Below, piece after piece: positions 44,150 through 59,294 of a stretch of 64,000 nt of DNA. The notes beneath the pieces were generated by a model. The model saw nothing but the letters and a program-made list of their open reading frames with translations, was not told where the DNA came from and did no database searches. This DNA comes from Chrysomallon squamiferum. Taxonomy: Eukaryota > Animalia > Mollusca. The stretch's first letter is position 1. Every line of letters starts with the position of its first letter. The DNA lies in the NCBI GenBank assembly GCA_012295275.1, contig CM022677.1, positions 17,794,001 to 17,858,000 on the forward strand, written 5' to 3'. The position numbers and the translations under genes are program-made.

Positions 44150-46395
44150 GACATATACATATATACACACTACATACATACACACATATATACATATATA
44201 CACACACACACATATATATACATGTATGCATGCATTTACATATTCATGTATGTATGTGTGATTGTGTCTGTTTGTATACAGGTAAGTGTGTATCATATCG
44301 GTACACACTTATAAGCATTCATTTCACAAAACACAATCAACACCAATATTAACATGTTACTAATGAAAACGTAAACACAGACGTTTGTAGCCAAAATTAA
44401 TAAATATTTTTCTACTCATTAAAGGATCTTGTCACTTGTCCAAATATTATAAATCCATAAAGTTCTGGCAGCTAAATGACAGTCACTTGCCAGTAATTTT
44501 TGTATAAATAGTTGAAACAAGCCAATAACACAACGATAATAATATAAAATTTTAATAAAAAGGAAATTGCACTTGTTTTGTATAATTTAAACTTGTAACA
44601 AAACCAGTTGACCTAAGCTCTAATTACAATTTCTTTATTTTTTTTTGTTTTGTTATTCCTATTGTTTTTTGTTAGCATTATTGTTATTGTTGTTCTGGTG
44701 GATTTACTGTTATTATTATTGTTATTGTTATTATTATTACTACTGATACTATACATTATGTATAAAAACAGTCAATGTGTATGAAAAAAGCTATCTACAT
44801 ATTATTGATTTAAAATTAATATTAATTAGTTAATTTGTAAGAAAGGTGAAAATAAATAATTAATGAACAAAGAAAAAGTTATTAATAAGCATTTAAATAT
44901 AAATGTGAATAAATGAATATAAAATGATACAAATATACAAATAAATAAATATACAAATAAATAAATAAATAAATAAATAAATGAATGTTTTAAAAATTAT
45001 AAAAGTAAAAAAAGAAAAAGAAAAAAACTGTTTCCATATGTTTAACATTATTAAATTGTTAAATATGTAAAATATATAGTTTTCTTTTTCTTTCACTGTG
45101 TATGTGTGTGTGGTTTGCAAAACTGACCTTTTCACCTTATATATATATATTTTTTTTTTTTTTTCTGTATGTTTCATCTACATATTCATAATTTTTAATT
45201 TTTTGTTTTAAATAATAATAATAATCATATATATAAAACAAGAAGAAAAAGTAAAATAACCATGCTTCCAAAGTTACAAATTGTCAGCCCATGTTTGAAA
45301 TTCAAACCAAATTCATTTTAATGTCTACACCACCTGTTATAAGAGTATCTGTCTGTCTGTGTGTGTGTTAGTGTTCATACAGATATATATATATATATAC
45401 ATACACACAGACATAGATATTACTTTTTCACATACACATTATACACTATTAGTCATAATTACATGCGTTGAATATCAATTTTATCAAACCTTTTATTTTT
45501 TTAATTCATTACATTATTGTATTTATGTATGTATGTATGCATATATATATATATATATGCATGCTGTGGATTATTTATGCAAATTAGTTGCCATGTGAGA
45601 TTTTTTGTTGTTTTTTCTCAGCTAAATGGTCAATTGGGATTATCCTAATATGAGGGATTATCTAGGGGAGGGATTATGTAAAAAAAAAAAAAAAAAAAAA
45701 AAAGATTTTCTCTTTCATGCCAAAGGTTTAAGTCCTGCCGGGGTTTGTGTTAATCTGTTAATAGCAGTTAGAAAGATTTAACCTTATTTAGTAAGTAATT
45801 CATTGACATTGATACCGAAGCATAATGGACCTCGCCCCCCCCAACCCCCCCCAAAACCTGTAAAATCTCTCTCTCCAGAGTTGTATTTAATAGCTAATAA
45901 TTTTTTTACGTATTTGTTCTTTTCACGTGATTATTATTTTTTTTTTTTTTGGCTGTAAATATTCTCTCCCCAAGGAAAGAAGATAAAATAAGTATAAAAT
46001 ATGAGTTAAAAAAAAAAAAAAAAAATAAAACATAAAGCTTTATAAAACTCCTATTTTTTAATTATTTATGTATATTTATTCTTAAATGTGATTATTTTTA
46101 GCAGTGGGCAAATTACCTGAGGAAAATAAAAATAAATTAAAAATAGTTTTATGACAGTGTGTTTGTTTGATGTGTGTGTAATTACTTACATATTTTTATT
46201 TTTAAATATGATTATTTTTAGCTTTAAGTCCTTGAACAATAAATAAATAAAACTAATAACAATAAATATAAATAAATAAATAAATATAAAGCTTTATAAA
46301 GCTCTTTTTTTTTTGTTATTGTTTTGATAGATATAATTATTTATATATTTTATCATATATTGGTTTTGGTTGTAAGCAAAAACCTAACCCTTGAA

Positions 46396-46430
<35 letters not shown>

Positions 46431-48481
46431 TCAGAACAGAAAATCTGTAATTATGTGTTTTTATTGTTAAACTGGACTTATTTTTAAATCCACATAAAAT
46501 CTCAAAAAAAAAAAAATAAAAATAAAAAAATAAATCAAATGTCAAAAAGAACACACACAAAAACAACTTATCAAAAGCTGCTATTTTTAAAACATGTACA
46601 ATTATTTATGTGTTTACCTTTAACGAGTGCTAATTTTAGCCCTAGGCTGCATCCTAGCCCCTCCCATTAAAAAACTCACCCACAGCTTAGTGATAATAAT
46701 ACACATTTAGGTTTGAATGTATGCAACTGTCTATTTAAGATTTTTAAAAAAAACCCAATAGAATAGAAAAGATTAAAAAAGGAACAGAATGAATTGCTAC
46801 AAGAATTGCTTCTAATTACTGAGGAGCACTGGTTGGAAATGGAAAAAAAGCAGGAAAGAAAGAAAGAAAAAAAAAACACAGAGCATATCTTTTTATTAGT
46901 TGGAATGGAAGAGAAAAAAAAATAAGAAAAGTAAATTTGGGTGAAATTGTTCTCACTGACTTGATACAGTAAAAAGTGTAAACTGGTGGGTTATATATAC
47001 ATACTCACTCACTCACTCACTCACTCAACATCTGCATTCACCCAAACAATAACTGATCACCCACCAACCCTCACATACCCTCACCCACACACACACACAC
47101 ACACACAGACACACAGAGACACAGACACAGACACAGACACACACACACACATACAGACACACATACAGACATTTAATCTTTCCATCTACTCTAGAACTTA
47201 TCTAGTTGCCTTTTCATCCCCCACTTCACCCCATACACCCACCCACATCACCTGACCGAAACACTCCACTAACCAACCTCTGGTTAATAGATTATACTTT
47301 ATTATGATTATTATTATTATCATTATTATTATCATCATCATCATCATCATCATCATCACACAGGCTTAAACAATACAAAAACAAATCTGGACAAGAAATG
47401 TCAACAGTTACATCAGTAAGCCCCCTTTCTTTATTTTCTTTTCTTTTTTTTTCTTTCTTTCCCTGAAACAACTTTTAATTCCATCCGTCCATCCATCCAT
47501 CCATCCATTTATCCATTTGTCCATTCATGTCGAAGCCTGACTCTCATTTTCAAGCAAAAACAAACTTGTACTTCTGTATCACTAGATCTATGATATCTGC
47601 CCCCCTCACCCCCCTCCCTCCCCTCACTCCAGCATGACACCCTCTCGTATTGAATATCTCTCGTATTGTTCGGGGCTGAGCTAATCTTTAAAGTATAGTC
47701 AAAGTACACTGATACTTTGAGTTGGGGAAACAAAAGGGTGATTAGGAATAAAATGACATGAACAGCCATGTTAATCAGGCCTGTGTCAAAGGTCAGTATG
47801 TTATCATGTTTTTTTTGTTTTTTTTTTATCATATAGATATGTGTGTGTGTGTGTGTGTGTGTGTGTTACAGCTGATATTATATACCTCCATATAAGAAAG
47901 ATATATAACTTTTAAAAATTTTATTTTTATTTTTTCATTTTTTTAAATTTGATGCTGTTTTAAAAATAACATTTATAATGTATTAATAGCTGGGTCAAAG
48001 GTTATTGCAGTCTGTTGCATTTCTTTATTGTTATGTGGAGGTGTGTGCATGATATTAGTCACATTATATGTGTATATATAAATATTTTTATAATTTAATT
48101 TTTTTGTGTGTTTTATCACAGATAAAATATACACTCCTACAGAGAGAGAAAGACACACATACATACATACGTACATACATACATAATACATTCACACACA
48201 CACACATGCATATATAATCAGTATTTACAACACGAGCTTGCTTGTGTCAGACAAAAACCACATCCTATAAAACACAAGAACACATAAACAACCAGAAACA
48301 CAAGGAAAACTGAAAACCCAGCCAGCCTGGGTCCATAGCATGCAGGCTTTTATTTTACAGTCTGATTCGTGTTAAATTATTTATTTTGAAATGCATAGTT
48401 TACTTGAGATAGTATCAGGTTTCAAGAACACTCACCAAGTGGAATATTTACATTGTTATGTATGGAACAGGGGACGATAAA

Positions 48482-48537
<56 letters not shown>

Positions 48538-48674
48538 AATAAAGGAAGAGAATGAAGGAAAGAGGGAGAAATGAAAACAAAGAGAAAGACAGTGATAGAA
48601 AGACAGAAAAAAAACGACAATGATAAAATACTGAAACTAACAATAATTATAATAATAATAACAATAACAATAAC

Positions 48675-48731
<57 letters not shown>

Positions 48732-49253
48732 CACCGTATTATTATTTTAAAAGAAAACAAACAAAAAAACATCTCTTCTGTCATTACCATCTGCTACATA
48801 ATAAATACATTATTAATACAGTGTGTTTGTGTGTGCGAACAGAATTAAAAACAACTATGACGAAACTTGTTATTGACAGTTGCACAGTGTAACACAAATA
48901 TTGTTTTACAATGTTAAATATTTTCACAATGAAAACAGTGTTCAACATTGTAATTCTGTATTACTTTGTTCTTTGTATCATTTTTTTTAATTTATTTTTT
49001 ATTTTTTTAAACGGTTGTAAATTGTTGGATTAAATGTAGACAAATACTGAAGGTGGAAACAACTAAAGGGAACAAATAATTCAGTGAAAACAAAAGATAC
49101 AGAAAATGTAATCTGCATGAATAATTGGAACAGAAACATGCAAAAAACAGATTCAGAAATGCTTACCTGTATAACATATATACATACATACATACATTTA
49201 AAGATATGTACATTTGTCTTTCTTTCTCTCAAACTTCATATACATAAGTAAAT

Positions 49254-49312
<59 letters not shown>

Positions 49313-49506
49313 TCCTCTATATGTTAAGGTCCATATAAAAGAATGCTTGCTGCTTATATAAAAAGGAGTAACCCTGAAGAATTTATTTCATTCACATTAT
49401 CCCTAACCATAAATACATGTGTATCACTCTCTCTTTAAATTCCAAATATTTAAGCATGAAAAAAAAAAAAAAATTTAATAAAATATTCTTTCTTAGAAGA
49501 AGATGG

Positions 49507-49552
<46 letters not shown>

Positions 49553-49772
49553 ATTCTTGAAGAATTAGATCAAAGAAGAATAAATCCTTTCAGTCTTAAT
49601 TAAATAACAAGCCGTCTGGCCCTGATTCGTATTTGTGGGTCATTAAAGACTATGGTATTACCTCAATCCTTGTAGAACCTTCTAAATTAACACAGACATC
49701 GTGATAATTCTAGACAATTCTATTTAGAATTTTTTTTTTTTTTTTTTTTTACTGTTGTCAAAAATGTGTGTG

Positions 49773-49803
<31 letters not shown>

Positions 49804-50235
49804 GCACCTTTCCTTTTAGTATTTTCCAATTAATAGAGGCATCTTTATAGATTCTCTCTGTTTTTTATTCTCAACATCAAAGACTAGTAATTTTTGCTTA
49901 ATGTACACTTGTAGCAGGAATATGATATCATTTACCTCAGTCCTTGTAGAACCTTCAATTAAAACAGCCATTGCAACAGTCTCTCACTTTTTTTCTGTCT
50001 CATTATTATAACCATTAATGTTGTATAATAGAAAGATATATATATATATATTTTTTTTTTTTTCTTGTAGAACATTACAGTTCAAAATCACATTCATCAT
50101 AATTCTAATTTTTCTGGGTTATTTTTATTTTTAATATCATCCAAATTTTTTTTTTAATTCTGTGTTTAATTTTTTTATTTATTATTAAAGGAATTCCTTC
50201 TAGTACCTCCCTATTTAAACATGCATCTAGATAAA

Positions 50236-50342
<107 letters not shown>

Positions 50343-51119
50343 TGTTATATTTTCACCTGTTATTTATTATAATAGAAATATACTTTTCATATCTTTACTC
50401 ATTTTTCTTCTTTTTTTTCTTTTTTCTTTTTTCTTTTTCCATTTCATAATTCATTCAATGAGCTCCTCTTAATTTATTATTCATTTTTATTTGTTTGTTT
50501 TTAAAAATTTATTTACTAGCCCATAAAATACATCACCTCACATAAACGATCCTGCTAACAGTATTTTTCAGTACATTTCTACTCCAAGCTGCTATTTAAT
50601 AACCCATTAATTCCTTTTTTTTTTTTTTTTTTTTTCAATCCCTTATTTTAAATACGGAATTAAAACTGTTAAATTTAGAACTAATAGCATAAACAGGTAT
50701 AAAAACAGACACTGGAAGGTGTGTCATAAGAGACTATTAAAAATAAACATTAAATACATTTTCAATTAACTAAGACATCATTAAATAAAGAAAATTACCA
50801 CGAAAGGAGTGTCTCTGTGTAATCTATTAAAGTAATATATTGGTGCGTGCGTGTGCAATATTGAATTTTAATACACGGTATTAAGTTAAATGGGTATGCA
50901 CTAACTGGAAAGGTCTATAAAATGTGTTTTATTTTCATACTTTCATATGATTTATGTGTGCAGTTATGTTCAATTTGTAATAGAAAATAAAAAAGGTAAT
51001 GATTATTTTTCTCTAGAATTTGTGTTTTGCTGTGTCAGTAAAGTGTTGTGTTAATGTGTATCACGTTTAGAAATAAAATATTTTATATGTGAGTCCTTCT
51101 GTAGCATATTAATTTATAT

Positions 51120-51234
<115 letters not shown>

Positions 51235-51444
51235 TATGCAAAAAGCCCCCCCAAACACCCCCACATTCTCCTATCCCCCCCCAAAAAAAAAAATCCACAC
51301 AAAACAAAGCAAAACAAAAAATAATCACTAATTCTTCTGATCAGTCAGTTACCTTGGTAACAACTGACCAGATGTACATATTTGACCACCGTCCAGGATG
51401 GGAAAAAAAGAAAAACACAGAAAAGAATCCTCACTGTTTGTACA

Positions 51445-51477
<33 letters not shown>

Positions 51478-51770
51478 AGTAAACATTTGTTTACTCTGGC
51501 AGTGCTCGTGTTTACGTATGAAATCACTTGTTTACACAGAAAACAAATGATTTGTGGTGTACATTGTATTGTGTAGTGTACGTATGTCATCATTTCACTG
51601 TTGGGTTAATCAGCTTATAGTTCAAATGTGCACCCACAGGTTAATTTGGTTTGTTGTGTGTGCCCTGCTGGGATTGTGGACTCCCTTGTCTTGAAGGTGT
51701 GGTTGAATGGGAGAGAGGGAGAAGATATGGGAAAAGGGAGGGGGAGGGATGGAAATGTGTATGTGTGTGT

Positions 51771-51840
<70 letters not shown>

Positions 51841-52518
51841 TTTTTAGTTTTTATGTACATACAATTTGACTCATTTCGCTCTTTTTCTGTCTCTCTCCCT
51901 GTCTCTGTCTGTCTCAGATTCACTCACTCACTCATTTTATCCAAGATTGTTCCATTCAGTTCTTTTTGGAAAAAAATAAAGCAAAACAAAGAAACAACAA
52001 CAAGAAAAGTAAAAAAAAAATAAAAAAAATAATAATAAAACAAAATAGTAATAATAGTAATAATAAAAATAATAATAATAAATAAAAATAACTGATATAC
52101 CCAAAATTAAAACGTCTGGTAATGGTTTGTCTGTGTCTATATATATATATATAATTTTCAGTTAAAAGCAACCATTAATAGCATTAACCAGTCTATATAA
52201 TACAACAACACTCTTCATTATTTCATCATCATCATCATTTATCCTGTCATTTGCCTGGAACACACACAGACAGACAGACAGACAGGCAGACAGATACACA
52301 GACACACAGAGCAGTTTAAAACAGAAGATAACTTCTTGAAGCAAAGGTAACTTGGTTCGAGAATACTGCAGTAAGCGGGGTGTTTAGATGTTCAGACAGA
52401 CAGACAGACAGACAGACAAAATGAGTATGTAGTTAGAAAATGTTTTTCTGTTTAGTAGGAAATACACAGAGTCATGGATATTGAATGGACAGAGAGTGTA
52501 AAAATCTTATTTCATGAC

Positions 52519-52559
<41 letters not shown>

Positions 52560-52800
52560 GTAATAATAGTAATAATAATAATAGTAATAATAGTAATAAT
52601 AGTAATAGTAATAGTAATAATAATAGTAATAGTAATAATAGTAATAGTAGTAATAGTAGTAATAGTAATAGTAATAATAATAGTAATAGTAGTAATAGTA
52701 ATAGTAATAATAGTAATAATAATAATAGTAATAATAGTAATAGTAATAATAGTAATAATAATAGTAATAATAGTAATAATAGTAATAGTAATAATAAGAT
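52519..52800. repeat. (TAA/TAG)n tract
   Basis: Direct reading. Source of the poly-N/S/Y ORFs. Confidence 0.95.
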
Positions 52801-52998
52801 AGAAATAATAGTAATAGAATAAAAATAATAACAATAATGGTAAAATAAAATAAATAAATAATAATAAATAATAATAAGAAGAAGAAGAAGAAGAAAAAAG
52901 AAACAAGCAAAATAAATAAATAAAATAAAATTAAATAAAATTAAATAAAATTATACAAATAGACAGATATTCAGATAAACACATTTCGTGGAATTTTT

Positions 52999-53032
<34 letters not shown>

Positions 53033-53824
53033 AAAAAAAGATAAAATAAATAAATAAAACATTGATATAGCGTTTAAAAAAGGAACATTATTATATTTAC
53101 GTAAACAGAAATTTGAGCGAGATCTGCAGACAGATGATACAGCATGGATTTTTTAAAATAAATCTGTCCTTGAAACAAAGGTGAACTGGTTTACAGTGTT
53201 TCAGTGGGCCTGCACTGAAGTGAAAATAAACAGGGACAGTTTAAATAACAAAAAAAACTGTGCAAATTTGAAAGATTTTTCTCAATGGATTTAGTGATTT
53301 TTTTTTTTTTTTTTTTTTTTCTGAAAATTGGGAAAAGAATTATGAAACCTTCAGTCATTATAATATATGACTGTTTATTTCTAGGTTCTGTGTGTGTGTG
53401 TGTTTTATATATGTATGTATATGTATAATACTGATTATAGTAACATACAGGCATTCTGTTATGTCATACAAGAAGCATTTCATTAATACTGTGACATATG
53501 TTTAATAAACTACAGTTACTGTTACATTATATATATATAACACATCTGTGAAATATGATGTAGAAATTATATATGAAATATCTCCACTTATCTATCTATA
53601 TGTGCATATATACATACATATATATATATATACACACATACATATTACAAAAGATATTGTAATATTACATTATTCCATCATATATATGTCTGTACAACAC
53701 CTCAACCCATGACATAACAACAATAACAATAATCATTTCTCTCAGCATTTTCCCACAAGTTTCATCTGAATCTTTCTCACCATGCATTCATTTCCTTTAC
53801 AAACCCAAACCCCTACCACCTTTG

Positions 53825-53866
<42 letters not shown>

Positions 53867-54284
53867 CTCACAATACAACAACCACAAATACAGACACATT
53901 TATATGGCCTTCGTCTCGTATCTCTACTTTTGTTGTGGAATATATTTATTATCATACCCTCTGTTGTGAAATTAAAAGTAATGGAGTGCCAGTGAGAACT
54001 GTGGCTGTTTTCTTGTATTGCTCTCAATTGTTTGTCGATAAGAGTGCTTTACATTCATTTAAGACCCGTGAATGACGAAAGGAATGAAAGAAAGAAAGAA
54101 TAAAAGAAAAATAGAAAGAAAGAAAGAAAGAAAGAAAGAAAAGACTTCGGTTTTGAGTGTCGTAAAAAGAAAAAAAAAAAAAAAAAGATTTTGAGTCTTG
54201 AAGAGAAATAATGTCGCAGTTTGATGAGGAAGTAGTGATTTGTTTATTGGTTTTGCGACTTTCAAGATGACAGCTGGAAATTAG

Positions 54285-54751
54285 CTGATAAAGAGTTAAT
54301 TTTTGTTATTATTGTTATTACATGTACATGTGTGTGTGTGAGTGAGTGTGTGTTTGTTTGTTTGTATTGCAAAAAAAGGGGGTAATTATATTGTATATAT
54401 ACAGGATAGCTAATTTCTTTCAGTTGGAAAGTGAATGTGTGTTCGAAAAGAGCTAATTATATTGTATATAGGATAGTTAATTTAAAAAAAAAAAAATATA
54501 TTCTATTAGACATGCATGTGTGTATTGGTTCAAAAGGGTTAATTATATTATATACAAGATAGTTAATTTTTATTTTATTTTGTTGGAGATGAACGTTTGT
54601 ATGTATTTTAGAAGGAGTTTATTATTGTTAGGAAAAAAAGATATATTTTTCTATTAGAAATGAATGAATATTTTTACCTCACATCAGCTGAACTGGTAAC
54701 CATATATTCAATACATTTCTCCCCCCCCACCCTATAACAGATGTTTAATAA

Positions 54752-54791
<40 letters not shown>

Positions 54792-55400
54792 ACATTTCTA
54801 ATTTTAAATGTGGATTAACAAATAAATGAATTAATGAATAAATGAATTAATAAATAAAGGCTTACTTATGCTATGTATGAAATAGTTTTTTTTTAATTGT
54901 TTTGTTTATTTCATTTTTTTTTTTTCTTCTGTTAGATGTTAATGTATGGTTTGCAAATGGTGTACAGAATTATTAAGTTTTTTTTTTTTTTTGTCTGTTA
55001 GATATCAATGTATGTGAGTTGTTAAAAACCTTGATTATACTGTATACAAAAGAGCTGACTTATTTTCTATTAAACCATCTCAGAGTTTTGTCTTGTAAAT
55101 AGTTGACATTCTGCATCCAATATATAAAGAGTTAATTCTTGTTTCTATTATATATGTCTGCCTCTGTGCTGTAGAGGGTTAATAGTCTGTGCACAAGATA
55201 AAAAAAAAAGGTTAATTTTTTTTTTTTTTAAATTGTTAGATTATGAATGTATTTATGCTGCACAGAGTTAATTAGTGTGTATAAGAAAGTTAAAAAAAAA
55301 AATTTTTTTTTTTTTAGTTGTTAGATTATGAATGTATCGTTGTTGTAGAAGGTCAATTAGTCTGTGTATACGAGATAAAAAGGGTTAATTATTCTGAATA
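54285..55400. repeat. Degenerate ~75-90 bp tandem satellite
   Basis: Recurrent AGGGTTAATTATATTGTATA..AGATAGTTAATTT..GTTAGA..TGAATGTAT units, for example near 54378, 54448, 54535, 55177, 55265 and 55350. Confidence 0.75.
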
Positions 55401-55513
55401 TACATGACATGAAGTTATTTATATGTTGTTTTTTTTTTTGTTTTTGCTACATGTATTTTCTAGACACATCTGTGTTTGTATATTTGTCACTGTTTCTTCT
55501 GGTAACACTTCTC

Positions 55514-55585
<72 letters not shown>

Positions 55586-56682
55586 ATCTCCATCATACAT
55601 ATAAAACACACACCCAGATAAGTATAAGTGTCTGTATGTGTGTGTGACACAGCTACACACTCACAGACACCATTGCTCCAGAAGCAACTACAACCGCAAC
55701 ATAAAAACAACAAAAAACAACACTGTGTCAATATTTCTAATCAAGCATGGAGAGGTTTCATTTCCAAAATTCTCACAGGAAAATCTATAATTAATAAATA
55801 ACTTTTTTTCCTTTTTGTTTTTTTTATTCCTTTGTAGCTGTTCTTCATGCTGTTTTTATTCTTGTTATTAATGAATTATTTATGTTGTCACAGCTTCATT
55901 ATTATTCTTATTGTTATTAGTTATTAGTTGTTGTTATTATTCTTATTTTTCTTATTTTCTTACTGTTATTATTATTAAATCTATTATTGTTGTTATTATT
56001 AGTATTATTGATATTATTATTTTTATTATTATTGTTATTATTCTTGTTGTTGTTGTTGTTGCTACTCTTACTACCATTACTACTACTAGTCCTATTGTAA
56101 CCATTACTACAACATCACTGTCATCATCATCATCATCACAATTATTAACACTGCTGGTGGTTTTGCAACAACAAAAACTGCAGGTACAACAGCAGCATCA
56201 TCATCAACTACAACAACTACTACTACCACTACTATTATTACTACTACTGGTCTTGTTATTGGTCCAAGTTCAACTAGTGTTACAACTTCTCATCATCATC
56301 ATTATTGTAATTATCATCATCCTCATCTTCATCATTATCATGATTATTATTATTATTACTACTACTACTACTCCAACAAAAGCAAATTAAATGCCACTCC
56401 CCCCTCTCAAAAAAAAAAAAAAAAAATTCTGTGGGAGTAAAAGTGCACTTTGACCTCCTGCCCCCACCCCCACAAACCCCCCACACCACACACACTTTGG
56501 CAGGTAAACAAACGAAGACTAACCTATAGAAAATAAACCAGGTGAAATTTTACTTGAGTGACCCCATCATCACCACGCTTGAGCGAATTCCTTAGACTGG
56601 CAACACGGTGGTTGGCTTTTGGTCCAAGCCTCATCTTCATCTTCGCTTCAGTGCAACACATTAGCAGAAACCAGTCAAGTCG

Positions 56683-56716
<34 letters not shown>

Positions 56717-56775
56717 GGCAACTTCTCTTCTTTTCTTTTTTTTACTTCTTTTCTATTTACCTTTAATGAGGTGTA

Positions 56776-56808
<33 letters not shown>

Positions 56809-56860
56809 AAAACAGGTATATTAAATTGATGTGTGGACATTGTTAGACTAGTCATGTAGG

Positions 56861-56898
<38 letters not shown>

Positions 56899-57984
56899 GT
56901 TTTTTGTGATGACTCACAAGTTTATAAAAGAATTGGAAAGATGCAGTTTAAGTGTTTCGATGGGAAATAAAACTGGTTTTAACCAGTTTATAAATAGCTT
57001 TCAGTGAATGTGTGTGTGTGTGTATGGGGGACAGGCTTTCATACTTTTATGTGAAAATGAAGATGAAAAGAAAAAAAGAAGAAAAAAAAAGTAATGTTGG
57101 CATCAAGGAAGTAATAATAATAATGATGATGATGATTATGATGACGATAAGTTATAAATATGATAATAATGATGATAATAGTAGTTGTAGTAATAATAAC
57201 TAAAATAGTAATGGTAAAAGTATATTAATAATAATGATAATTATAAATATTAGTTATAAGTTTTAATGATGACACACTAGTAGCAGTAGTAGTAATAGTA
57301 ATAATAATAATGATGATGATAATGATAATATTAATAATAAAACTTAATTATGATGAAAGTAGTAATGATATTCATAATAATGAAATTATAATAAAAAATA
57401 ATAACAGTGTTATAATAATAATAATAATATTAATGTTATATTGCTAGAAATCAGAACACTATTGGGAACTGATCTCAAGACCCTGTGTTTCTCATTCCAC
57501 TGCAGTTTAAATTTGAAATATTAAAACTACTTAACACTAGTTAACGTAATTTCTATCACATTATATTATTAGTGTATTAAAAAAGCCATCATTATATAGG
57601 TCAGTGTATTAAAACCCTGTATTGCATATCAGTGCATTAAAAAGACATAATGAATGTCAATGCTTCAAAGAACACCACAGTTGAAAGAGATGTATTACAA
57701 AATTGTTTTTTACATCTGTGTATCTCTGTATGTAGATATTAGTGTTTTTTTTGGTCATTAGCAAGCTTTGAGCCCAGCACCTGTTGAGGCGTAGGTGGTA
57801 ATATATTAAAGCTGAACTGTAGTCGAGTCAGTTTTAGATTAGATATTAAATACATGCATGTAAACATACTAACGCTAAGTCTCTCTGTCTATATATATTT
57901 TTTAACTACATCTCTCTCTCTCTCTATATATATATATCTCTAACCTCTTTCTGTCTGTATCTGTCTCTCTCTCTTTCTCTACCC

Positions 57985-58074
<90 letters not shown>

Positions 58075-58106
58075 ACCTCTACCCTCCTTTTCTGTCTCTC
58101 TCTACA

Positions 58107-58165
<59 letters not shown>

Positions 58166-58678
58166 CTAATTATTTAAAAGTACACTTATTTTAACACATG
58201 CTATGAATGTATATTTTAATTTTATTATGGATGTACTGAATTTGAATTAAAATTCAATTACTTATGAATTTCAAACACGTTTAAATATTTGCATACAACA
58301 TGAAATTAATCGATTTTGTTTTATGTGGTTATTAAACAGACATTTAGACAGAAACAAAAAGACAATCAGAATAACAGAAAAAACACACCCACCTTAATTG
58401 TACATTCTAGTCTCATGTAAGCAAACAACAATAAAAAAAAAAAAACAACTACAAAGAGAACAACAGCAACAAAACAACAACAAAAAATAAAATAAAATAA
58501 AACGAATAAATAAATAAAAATATAATAAAATAAAACAAAATAAAAAAAATAAAATAAAATAAAATAAAATAAAATAAAATAAAGTAAAATAATATAAAAT
58601 AAAATAAAATAAAATAAAAAACATATCTAGATTATGACCACTAATGGTTATATTATATTATTAAACTTACTTTTATAC

Positions 58679-58800
<122 letters not shown>

Positions 58801-59263
58801 ATGTGTGCATCTTTGTGTTTTCTGTGTGTATTTAACATTAAAATTAGTATTCACCACATACATGTGAATAATGAATAAATATTTAATGAGTGTGATATAC
58901 GAAATATTGCACTGTCATTGTACTGCTTGACATTAGAAAAGCTCATTATTCACTGCATGCTCTGCAGTGCTTTTACATTACTTGATATACAAAAGAAAAT
59001 TGGTTGTATGCTGTTGATAATAAACTCAAATAAATTAAACATAAACTGACAACCAAGTAATAATAATAATGATGTCAAAAATGGTTTTAAAGATTTTTAA
59101 TGCATGTAAAATAATTATATTTGATGTCTGTTAGGTTTGTTGTGTGTGTGTGTGTGTGAGTGTGTGTGAGAGAGAGAGAGAGACAGAGACAGAGACATAC
59201 ATGTGTGTGTTGTATATATATATAATATACATATGAGAGAGAACAAATGTGTATGTGTGTGTA

Positions 59264-59294
<31 letters not shown>

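Noticed and set aside
58904-58930. TATTGCACT resembling the miR-92 5' end
   Set aside because: The match is limited to the seed region and there is no precursor hairpin.
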